Assembly (NCBI GenBank): GCA_902767375.1
Contig: CACXGV010000042.1
Span: 1,188-65,187, forward strand
Reading direction: 5' to 3'
Source: an uncultured Erysipelotrichaceae bacterium
Lineage (GTDB): Bacteria; Bacillota_I; Bacilli_A; RF39; UBA660
Length of the DNA: 64,000 nucleotides
Below are positions 56,644 through 64,000 of the stretch, piece after piece (within the stretch, counting starts at the first letter, position 1; each line of letters opens with the position of its first letter). Below the pieces are notes generated by a model. That model did not search any database. It was not told the DNA's origin and saw only the letters and a list, made by a program, of their open reading frames with translations. Made by a program: the position numbers and the translations under genes.

Positions 56644-58557
56644 TTTGGATAAATTAGGTTCTGATCCTTTTTTAAAATAATAAATAATTGATTTATTATT
56701 GTTGACATTTGCGGTTATAGGATCTAATGGTAATCCGACTATATTTTCAGGCATTTCATACCATGTTGGTTCTTTGCCTTTTTCGTAAGATTCTACAGTA
56801 TCTAACCAAATATTTTTTATTTTTTTAGAATATGATGAGTCTACATTTTTATTTAAATCATTTCCAGCCCATACCATCATTAATATATCGGGATTATAGC
56901 CAACTATCCAATAATCATTTTCGGTTGTACCACTTTTTAAAGCATATTTTCTTGTTAATTTACTATTTAAATAAATTACAGTTGGATTTAAATAATTAAT
57001 AAATGTGGAATTGTAGGTATTTGTTAACATTTCATTTAAGATAAAAAGAGAATCTTTATTCATTACTTGTTTTGCTTCTTCTTTATTTTTATATAATAGG
57101 TTTCCTTTAGAATCTTCTACTTTATCTATAAAATGGACTTTAACTTTATTTCCATAATTAGCGAGAGTGTTGTAGCTTTGTGTATAATCTAGCATATTTA
57201 TTTCATTAGCTCCTAGAGCAAGAGAGGGATTAGGCTCAAGTTTTTCTTTTAATCCAGCTATTTTTAATGTATTAATTAGTTGTTCTTCTCCTAGAAACAA
57301 ATGAGTTTTAACAGCATAAATATTATCTGAATAGGCTAGGGCAGCTGCCATAGATATTTCTTTATTACCATATTTATTAGAATGATTTTTAGGGCTATAG
57401 GTTTGATTATCTGAAAAAACAAATGTTGTTTGCTCGCTTAAAAAGGTTGATGCTTCGGTCATATTATTTTCTAATGCTGTATAGTAGAGAAATGGCTTTA
57501 TTGTTGATCCTACTTGTCTTTTAGATTTAGTAGCTCTATTATACTCACTTTTAGCATAGTTATATCCACCTGCTAAAGCCATAATTCCCCCTGTTTTCGG
57601 ATTTGTTACGATACTAGCTACTTGAACGTTATCCTTTTCATTGATGTTTTTTTGAATTGAATCATCTAAATCCTTTTGAACTTTGGGATTATAACTTGTA
57701 TATATTTTTAGTCCTCCAGATTGAATTAGTGATTTAGGTATTTCTTTTAAATTATTTAATTCATCAATAACTGCATCATGATAATACATTAGAGTTAACA
57801 TATTATTTGTTTCTCTTTTGCCATATATTTCTATTTTAGAGTAGTCTAGAGAATTGTATTCTTCATTTGAGATTACTTTATTGTCTAACATGGTTTTGGC
57901 AATTATTTTAGCTCTTTTAATACAATTATCATAGTTACTAATTGGATTATTATTTTCCGGACTTCTAGGAATCCCAGCAAGCATTGTAGCTTCTTCTAGA
58001 GAAATTTCACTAGCTTTTTTATTAAAATAATATTCACTAGCACTTTCTATTCCATAATTTCCTTGCCCATAATTAATAGTATTAAGATATCCTTCTAAAA
58101 TATCATCTTTAGAATAGTGAGCTTCTAATCTAATTGTTAAGAAAGCTTCTTCTATTTTTCTTTTCCAGGTTTTATCAAAATCTAAATATAAGTTTTTAAC
58201 ATACTGCTGACTTATAGTAGATGCCCCTTGGACGATAGATTTATTAATTATATTTAAATATATTGCTTTTATAATTCTAAGATAATCAAATCCATGATGA
58301 GTATAAAAGTTTTTATCTTCTGTTGAGATAGTAGCATTTTTTATATAATCATTAATATTATCTATTTTTGTCCATTTTGAATGATTATTTGATTCAAATA
58401 TTAGTTCATTATTATAATCATATAGATAAACTGAATTGGCTGAATTTAGCGTTATCTTAGGGGATAGATAAGCATAAATATAAAGTGAGGCTAATATTAC
58501 AATAAAACATATATAATTAAATAATAAGATTTTATAAAAAATATTATTTTTTTTCAT
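56641..58557 (-). CDS. Class A penicillin-binding protein (glycosyltransferase plus transpeptidase)
   Basis: The GT51 motifs are EDKNFYTHHGFD, GASTISQQ and RKIEEA. The transpeptidase motifs are STIKP (SxxK), SDN (SxN) and KSGTT (KTG). Confidence 0.88.
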   Translation of the reverse strand: MKKNNIFYKILLFNYICFIVILASLYIYAYLSPKITLNSANSVYLYDYNNELIFESNNHSKWTKIDNINDYIKNATISTEDKNFYTHHGFDYLRIIKAIYLNIINKSIVQGASTISQQYVKNLYLDFDKTWKRKIEEAFLTIRLEAHYSKDDILEGYLNTINYGQGNYGIESASEYYFNKKASEISLEEATMLAGIPRSPENNNPISNYDNCIKRAKIIAKTMLDNKVISNEEYNSLDYSKIEIYGKRETNNMLTLMYYHDAVIDELNNLKEIPKSLIQSGGLKIYTSYNPKVQKDLDDSIQKNINEKDNVQVASIVTNPKTGGIMALAGGYNYAKSEYNRATKSKRQVGSTIKPFLYYTALENNMTEASTFLSEQTTFVFSDNQTYSPKNHSNKYGNKEISMAAALAYSDNIYAVKTHLFLGEEQLINTLKIAGLKEKLEPNPSLALGANEINMLDYTQSYNTLANYGNKVKVHFIDKVEDSKGNLLYKNKEEAKQVMNKDSLFILNEMLTNTYNSTFINYLNPTVIYLNSKLTRKYALKSGTTENDYWIVGYNPDILMMVWAGNDLNKNVDSSYSKKIKNIWLDTVESYEKGKEPTWYEMPENIVGLPLDPITANVNNNKSIIYYFKKGSEPNLSK

Positions 58558-58611
58558 ATTACACCATTTATATTATGGATTTATAAGATTCAATTATGCT
58601 AAAATAATTAC

Positions 58612-58932
58612 GTGATTTTTATGATATTAAATTTATATAAGAACGGGAAATTAGTTTTAACTGCGGAAGGAACACTTCAAGGAGATGAAGCAGTTTTTGG
58701 GAACATTGTTTACCATATGGTGGATAATACTTTAATAAGACAAGATGCTAGTTATAAATATCTTTTAGATTTTAAAAATGAAGAAGCAGAAGTTGAACTT
58801 AAAGAATATAATCAAAGTCTTCCTTTGACAATAAAAGTATTATCAATTGAAGTAAGTGATAAGGGACATAAAATTTCATATAATATTGAAAGTGAACAAA
58901 CTATAGAAAATGTTTTAGAAGTCTTTTTTTAG
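58612..58932 (+). CDS. Small hypothetical protein, possibly DUF1934/YwiB-like (by position upstream of rpoE)
   Basis: This is a 106-aa soluble, beta-rich protein. The call is weak because it rests only on synteny remembered from other Firmicutes. Confidence 0.3.
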   Translation: MIFMILNLYKNGKLVLTAEGTLQGDEAVFGNIVYHMVDNTLIRQDASYKYLLDFKNEEAEVELKEYNQSLPLTIKVLSIEVSDKGHKISYNIESEQTIENVLEVFF

Positions 58933-59056
58933 CGGTTTTAAAAAGTTTATATTTTCTTATTGACAATAGAAACATATATGATAAAATTATGTATGTTTAA
59001 AAACCATTATCAGATTCTTTTGGATTACATATAATGGTTTCATAGGAGGATATTTA

Positions 59057-59488
59057 ATGAAAATTAAATTAACAGATGAAGAGAAGGAAACTTTATCTTA
59101 TAGTGACGTAGCATTTTTAGTATTACAATCAGCAAATAAGAAGCTAAAAATTCAAGATTTATTTAAAAAGGTAATTAAATTATTAGATTTAGATGAGAAT
59201 GAATTTGAAGAAAATATTGGAAATTTCTTTGAAGAAATTATAACTGATAAAAGATTTATTATGTTAGATAATGGGTACTGTGATTTAAAAATTAACCATA
59301 GTACTAAGGTAATCGTTGAAGATGATGATGAAGACTATGAAATTGTACCAGAAGATGATGATTTTGAAGATGGTAACGAAGAAGATAACTATGATGAAGA
59401 TGCTAATGCTGATGATGATGCAGAAGATGATCTTCAAGATTTAGTTATTTTAGATTCTGCCGATGAATTAGAAGATTCTGATATATAG
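59057..59488 (+). CDS. rpoE: DNA-directed RNA polymerase delta subunit
   Basis: The N-terminal HARE-HTH-like domain is marked by LSYSDVAFLVL and DKRFIMLDNG. The poly-acidic C-terminal tail reads EDDDEDYEIVPEDDDFEDGNEEDNYDEDANADDDAEDD. Confidence 0.88.
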   Translation: MKIKLTDEEKETLSYSDVAFLVLQSANKKLKIQDLFKKVIKLLDLDENEFEENIGNFFEEIITDKRFIMLDNGYCDLKINHSTKVIVEDDDEDYEIVPEDDDFEDGNEEDNYDEDANADDDAEDDLQDLVILDSADELEDSDI

Positions 59489-59521
59489 AATAGTCTTTTT
59501 CTTTTAGAAAAGAGGATTAAA

Positions 59522-60580
59522 ATGATTGAAAGATTAGAAATTATTAAAAATAGATATGATGAAATAAATAATGAACTACTTAGTCCAGACGTATTAAGTG
59601 ACTTTAGTAAGCAAAAGAAATTATCTAAAGAAAAAGGGTCAATTGAAGAAGTTGTTGAAAAATATGAAGAATATAAAAAGATTAATAATGATATAACTGA
59701 ATTAAAGACTTTAGTAAATGATCCTGAAATGCATGAAATAGCATCTTTAGAACTTGAAGAAAAACAAGAGACTTTAGCTAGTTTAACTAAAGAATTGGAA
59801 TTATTATTACTTCCTAAAGATGAAAATGACTCTAAGGATATAATTATGGAAATTAGAGGTGCAGCTGGTGGAGATGAAGCAAATATCTTTGCTGGTGATT
59901 TATTTAGAATGTATAATAAATATGCGGAGAAGAATGGTTGGAAAATTGAAGTTACACATGATGTAGAAGGAGAAGCTGGTGGTTTCTCAACTATTGAATA
60001 TACTATAAGAGGAAATAATGTATATTCTAAATTAAAATTTGAAAGTGGTGTTCATCGTGTTCAAAGAGTTCCTGAAACAGAAACTCAAGGTAGAATTCAT
60101 ACTTCAACTGCAACTGTTTTAGTAATGCCAGAAGTAGAAGATATTGATGTTGAGATTAAACCAGAAGATGTTAGAGTTGATGTATATCGTTCATCTGGAA
60201 AAGGTGGCCAAGGTGTTAATACTACTGATTCAGCAGTTAGAGTTACTCATATTCCAACTGGTATTGTAGTAACATGTCAGAATGAAAGAAGTCAAATTAA
60301 AAATAAAGAAAGAGCAATGGTTGTTTTAAAATCTAGAATCTATGATATGCTTTTACAAAAGCAAGATAGTGATGTAGGGGCAGCAAGAAAGAGTATGGTA
60401 GGTACTGGTGATCGTTCTGAAAAGATAAGAACTTATAACTATCCTCAAAATAGAATAACTGACCATCGTATAAATTTTAGTATTATGGAACTAGACAGAG
60501 TTATGGAAGGAAATTTAGATCCAGTTATTGAAGCATTAATAACTGAAGACCAAAGAAGAAAATTAGAAGGAAATGAGTAA
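59522..60580 (+). CDS. prfA: Peptide chain release factor 1
   Basis: A PxT-type decoding region is present, together with SGKGGQGVNTTDSAVR (the GGQ motif). Confidence 0.94.
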   Translation: MIERLEIIKNRYDEINNELLSPDVLSDFSKQKKLSKEKGSIEEVVEKYEEYKKINNDITELKTLVNDPEMHEIASLELEEKQETLASLTKELELLLLPKDENDSKDIIMEIRGAAGGDEANIFAGDLFRMYNKYAEKNGWKIEVTHDVEGEAGGFSTIEYTIRGNNVYSKLKFESGVHRVQRVPETETQGRIHTSTATVLVMPEVEDIDVEIKPEDVRVDVYRSSGKGGQGVNTTDSAVRVTHIPTGIVVTCQNERSQIKNKERAMVVLKSRIYDMLLQKQDSDVGAARKSMVGTGDRSEKIRTYNYPQNRITDHRINFSIMELDRVMEGNLDPVIEALITEDQRRKLEGNE

Positions 60581-61304
60581 TATAAAAATATCAAAACAAG
60601 ATTTACAATTATTACAAAAGAAATATACTAATTTAGATCCTATTTTTAAAAAAATAGAGAAAGGTTATCCTATTCAATATTTAATTGGAAATGTTGATTT
60701 TTATGGATATAAAATAGATGTAAATCCTAATGTATTAATACCTAGATTTGAAACTGAGAACCTAGTTTATAAAACAATTGAGTATATAAAGGATTTAGAT
60801 TTGAGAGATGCTTCAGTTTTAGAAATTGGTACTGGTTCTGGATGTATATCTATATCTTTAAAAGGAGAACTTGAATCTCTAGAAATTACAGCGATAGATA
60901 TTAATAAAAAAGCTTTAATGACTGCTAGGTCTAATGCTAGAAAGAATAAAGTAGATATTAACTTTATTTATAAAGATATTTTTAAATATGATTTAGTGAA
61001 TAATTATGATGTAATTATTAGTAATCCACCATATATAACACCAGGTGATGAAGTTTCAGAAAATACGAAATATGAACCCTATAATGCTATATATGTTGAT
61101 GGAGATCCACTCCTATATTACAGAGAAATAATAAAGGTGAGTTTAAATGCTTTAAATAAGAAAGGTTTAATTGCATTTGAAATTGATGAAGATCATGGAC
61201 AAGAATTAGTTAAAATTAGTAAAGAGTATTATCCAAAAGCTAAGATATCTTTAGAGAAAGATTTAGCTGGAAAAGATAGATACTTATTTATAATAAATGA
61301 ATAA
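60573..61304 (+). CDS. prmC: Release factor glutamine N5-methyltransferase PrmC (short)
   Basis: EIGTGSGCI is the SAM motif and ISNPPYI the NPPY motif. It overlaps the prfA stop codon. Confidence 0.85.
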   Translation: MSNIKISKQDLQLLQKKYTNLDPIFKKIEKGYPIQYLIGNVDFYGYKIDVNPNVLIPRFETENLVYKTIEYIKDLDLRDASVLEIGTGSGCISISLKGELESLEITAIDINKKALMTARSNARKNKVDINFIYKDIFKYDLVNNYDVIISNPPYITPGDEVSENTKYEPYNAIYVDGDPLLYYREIIKVSLNALNKKGLIAFEIDEDHGQELVKISKEYYPKAKISLEKDLAGKDRYLFIINE

Positions 61305-61351
61305 GAATTCGAAGCACTACCCATATATTTAGAGAAAGGTAGTGTTTTTTA

Positions 61352-61855
61352 TTGAAAAAGATTCTGCTTATTATGATGTTCTTAATAGTAATCTGCGGTA
61401 TGAATAAAAAGGATAAAGAAATAATAATACCTCATGATTCTATTCGACTTAGAATAATTAGTAATAGTGATAATTCATTGGATATTAAAAATAAGATGGA
61501 ATTAAAAGGATATATAGAAAAAAGTATTTTTGATCTTATTAAAGATGTGAAAAGTAAGGATGAAGTGAATAATATAATAGTAAATAATCTAGATAATATT
61601 GATAAAAATATTAACTTATTTTTAAACAGCAATGATTATAAAATTTCTTATGGAAGAAATTATTTCCCTAAAAAAATATATAAGGGTGTAATTTATGATG
61701 AAGGATATTATGACTCATTAGTAATTACTTTAGGAAGTGGGGAAGGAAGCAATTGGTGGTGTAGTTTGTTTCCTCCGTTATGTTTAATTGATGAGAATAC
61801 TTCAGATGTTGAATACCAATTCTATATTTCAAGAATAATTCAAAATTTTAAATAA
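61352..61855 (+). CDS. spoIIR: Stage II sporulation protein R
   Basis: It has a signal peptide. IRLRIISNSD and GEGSNWWCSLFPPLCL are the SpoIIR signature. The start codon is TTG. Confidence 0.85.
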   Translation: MKKILLIMMFLIVICGMNKKDKEIIIPHDSIRLRIISNSDNSLDIKNKMELKGYIEKSIFDLIKDVKSKDEVNNIIVNNLDNIDKNINLFLNSNDYKISYGRNYFPKKIYKGVIYDEGYYDSLVITLGSGEGSNWWCSLFPPLCLIDENTSDVEYQFYISRIIQNFK

Positions 61856-61876
61856 TATACTTAACAAGGAGGTTTT

Positions 61877-62410
61877 ATGTTAAGTATTTTTTTAATTGGA
61901 ATAGCTCTTAGTATGGATGCATTTTCGATAGCACTTTCTTTAGGCCTTAATAGAGCATCTCAAAAAAGGAGTTTTTTATTAGCAATTATTATTTCTATCT
62001 TTCATTTTTTTATGCCTCTTTTAGGAAATATAATCGGTGATGAAATACTTAATATAATAAATATTAATCCAAGATTTTTAATTATAGTTATTTTTTTATA
62101 TTTAGCAATCTTAATGTATTTAGATAAAGATAATAGTAAGAAATATGTTTTAAATGGGTTATCACTTTTAATAATACCTTTTAGTGTTAGCGTTGATAGT
62201 TTTTCGGTAGGAATAGGGCTTTCTGGCTTAACTAACCATAAGATATTATCATATCTTTTATTTTCTGTTTGTAGCGGTTCATTTACATTAATGGGATTTA
62301 TTATCGGAAAATATACTAATAAGTATCTAAAGGATAGGGCTAAGTATATTGGAATATTTATCCTAATTTCTTTAGCTATTGTAAATATGTGTAAAATTTT
62401 TGTTCAATAA
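61877..62410 (+). CDS. mntP: Manganese efflux pump MntP family
   Basis: The two DUF204 halves are marked by SMDAFSIALSLG and SVDSFSVGIGL. It has six TM segments. Confidence 0.8.
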   Translation: MLSIFLIGIALSMDAFSIALSLGLNRASQKRSFLLAIIISIFHFFMPLLGNIIGDEILNIININPRFLIIVIFLYLAILMYLDKDNSKKYVLNGLSLLIIPFSVSVDSFSVGIGLSGLTNHKILSYLLFSVCSGSFTLMGFIIGKYTNKYLKDRAKYIGIFILISLAIVNMCKIFVQ

Positions 62411-62485
62411 ATTGACTTAGGTAGATAAAAAGATATATATTAAAAATGAAGAAGTCTATTTTTTATTAAATTAGAAAGGCATGTT

Positions 62486-63745
62486 ATGAAAAAATTAATT
62501 ATTGAAGGGAAACATGAATTAAAAGGAAAGGTAAAAATAGGTGGAGCTAAAAATAGTGTTGTTGCTTTAATTCCGGCAGCAATGCTTACTAATGGAAAGT
62601 GTGTAATTAAGAATGTTCCTGATATAAGCGATGTAAGATTATTAATTGAAATGATGAAACTATTGGGATCAAAAATAGAACTTAAAGGTGATATTTTATA
62701 TATTGATAATAAAGATTCAGTTAATCATGAAATAGATACACATTATGCATCAAAAATGAGGGCATCTTATTATTTTATGGGTGTTCTATTATCTAAGTAT
62801 GGATATGCAAAAATATCTTATCCTGGAGGGTGTACGATTGGTGCAAGACCAATTAATTTCCACGTTAACGGGTTTAAAAAATTAGGTGCTGAAGTAGAAA
62901 CAACTGATGATGAAAAAACTTATATTATTTCAGGAAAAGATTTAGTTGGTAATGATATATTTTTAGATATGGCATCAGTAGGTGCTACAATAAATATTAT
63001 GTTTGCATCTGTTAAAGCAAAAGGGATAACTAAGATCCATAATGCTGCTAAAGAACCAGAAATTGTTAATATAGCAGAATTTTTAAATTCAATGGGCGCT
63101 AAAGTTAGTGGAGCTGGAACCAGCGAAATCACAATTGAAGGAGTAAACGAACTTCATGATGGTGAGATTGAAGTAATCCCTGATCGTATAGAAGCGGGTA
63201 CTTATGTTATTATGGGAGCATTACTTGGTAATGAACTTGTTATTGAAGGAATAGTTAAGGAACATTTAGATTCATTATTCAATAAATTGCGTGATGCAGG
63301 ATGTAATTTTAAAATAGAAGGTAATGAGGTAATAATATCTAAAACTGATCATTTAAATCCAGTTAACGTAAAAACATTGGTTTATCCAGGATTTCCAACA
63401 GATTTAGGACAACCAATGAGTACATTCTTAACTCAATGTGATGGGGATTCTGTATTTGAAGAAACAATTTATGAAAATAGAATGAGACATATTAAATACT
63501 TAAATGAAATGGGTGCTGATATTGATTTAAATGATAAGATAGCTGTTATTCATGGTAAAAGTAATTTAGTTGGTAAGAATGTTGAAGCTACTGATTTGAG
63601 GGCGGGAGCTGCTATGCTAGTAGCTGGTATGATTGCTGAAGGTCATACTGAAATTACTAATATTGAACATATTTTAAGGGGATATGAAAATATTGTTGGT
63701 AAATTATCAGCAGTTGGAGCTGATGTAAAGCTAGTTGATGAATAA
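62486..63745 (+). CDS. murA: UDP-N-acetylglucosamine 1-carboxyvinyltransferase
   Basis: GGAKNS, the active-site loop PGGCTIGARPI, and DLRAGAA are present. Confidence 0.94.
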   Translation: MKKLIIEGKHELKGKVKIGGAKNSVVALIPAAMLTNGKCVIKNVPDISDVRLLIEMMKLLGSKIELKGDILYIDNKDSVNHEIDTHYASKMRASYYFMGVLLSKYGYAKISYPGGCTIGARPINFHVNGFKKLGAEVETTDDEKTYIISGKDLVGNDIFLDMASVGATINIMFASVKAKGITKIHNAAKEPEIVNIAEFLNSMGAKVSGAGTSEITIEGVNELHDGEIEVIPDRIEAGTYVIMGALLGNELVIEGIVKEHLDSLFNKLRDAGCNFKIEGNEVIISKTDHLNPVNVKTLVYPGFPTDLGQPMSTFLTQCDGDSVFEETIYENRMRHIKYLNEMGADIDLNDKIAVIHGKSNLVGKNVEATDLRAGAAMLVAGMIAEGHTEITNIEHILRGYENIVGKLSAVGADVKLVDE

Positions 63746-63841
63746 AAATAATTTCTTGCATATTTATAAAATTATGATATAATACTGACGTTAAACGAAT
63801 TTCTATGGCGAGTTTTCGTCATGGCTGAAGGAGGAATTAGA

Positions 63842-64000
63842 ATGAAAAAGAATCTACATCCTGAAAGAGTAGAATGCACTATTACATGTGCTTGTGGTAA
63901 TAGTTTTAAAACTTTATCAAATAAAGAAAGTCATTTTGTAGAAACATGTTCTAAATGTAGTCCAGCATATACTGGTAAAGATACTAAGGTTGCAAGAACT
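63842..64000 (+). CDS. rpmE: 50S ribosomal protein L31 (Zn-ribbon type), 3' end beyond the window
   Basis: Hand translation gives MKKNLHPERVECTITCACGNSFKTLSNKESHFVETCSKCSPAYTGKDTKVART. The RBS is GGAGGA. It is not in the ORF track because it is open at the window edge. Confidence 0.88.
   Translation, partial: MKKNLHPERVECTITCACGNSFKTLSNKESHFVETCSKCSPAYTGKDTKVART

Overview
This is a very AT-rich chromosomal segment spanning the replication origin of a low-GC Firmicute. The ori synteny is Bacillus-like and sporulation genes are present. Many housekeeping proteins are shorter than their Bacillus counterparts, which suggests a reduced genome. Left of about 49 kb almost everything is on the minus strand: secA, hpf, csp, smpB, rnr, secG, eno, typA, trmB, ssrA, the yabP-yabQ-divIC/spoVG/veg/yabG/rsmA/tatD/metG block, spoVT-like, mfd, pth, yaaT, holB, bofA, recR, ybaB, dnaX, tadA, ffs, gyrA, gyrB, recF, comK, dnaN and dnaA. 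Right of it almost everything is on the plus strand: rpmH, rnpA, yidC, jag, mnmE, mnmG, rsmG, a Noc-like ParB-family gene, rpoE, prfA, prmC, spoIIR, mntP, murA and rpmE. This polarity switch, together with TTTTCCACA-type DnaA boxes flanking dnaA, places oriC at roughly 47.5-49.3 kb. RNA genes found by eye are tRNA-Cys, tmRNA (predicted tag DKFNFNTDLAFA), a short 4.5S-type SRP RNA and a Met T-box leader. One small CDS below the ORF-track cutoff, BofA-like, was also found. The most unusual feature is the roughly 700-bp gyrA-ffs intergenic region. It carries six identical perfect parS palindromes (TGTTTCACGTGAAACA) within 600 bp, arranged as three pairs, two of which lie in a duplicated 117-bp module. 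Two copies of a 16-bp Noc-binding-site palindrome (TATTTCCCGGGAAATA) are interleaved with or flank this array, and a third copy lies inside dnaX. The only ParB-family gene in the window has a Noc-type recognition helix, lacks the N-terminal membrane-targeting segment, carries a long acidic insertion, and is not followed by soj/spo0J. Other points worth a second look are comK sitting between dnaN and recF, a cytoplasmic HExxH protein of unknown family, a five-gene envelope operon of mostly unknown function, and an orphan LytTR regulator next to an exported amidase. All calls come from reading the sequence and from remembered family motifs. No searches were run.
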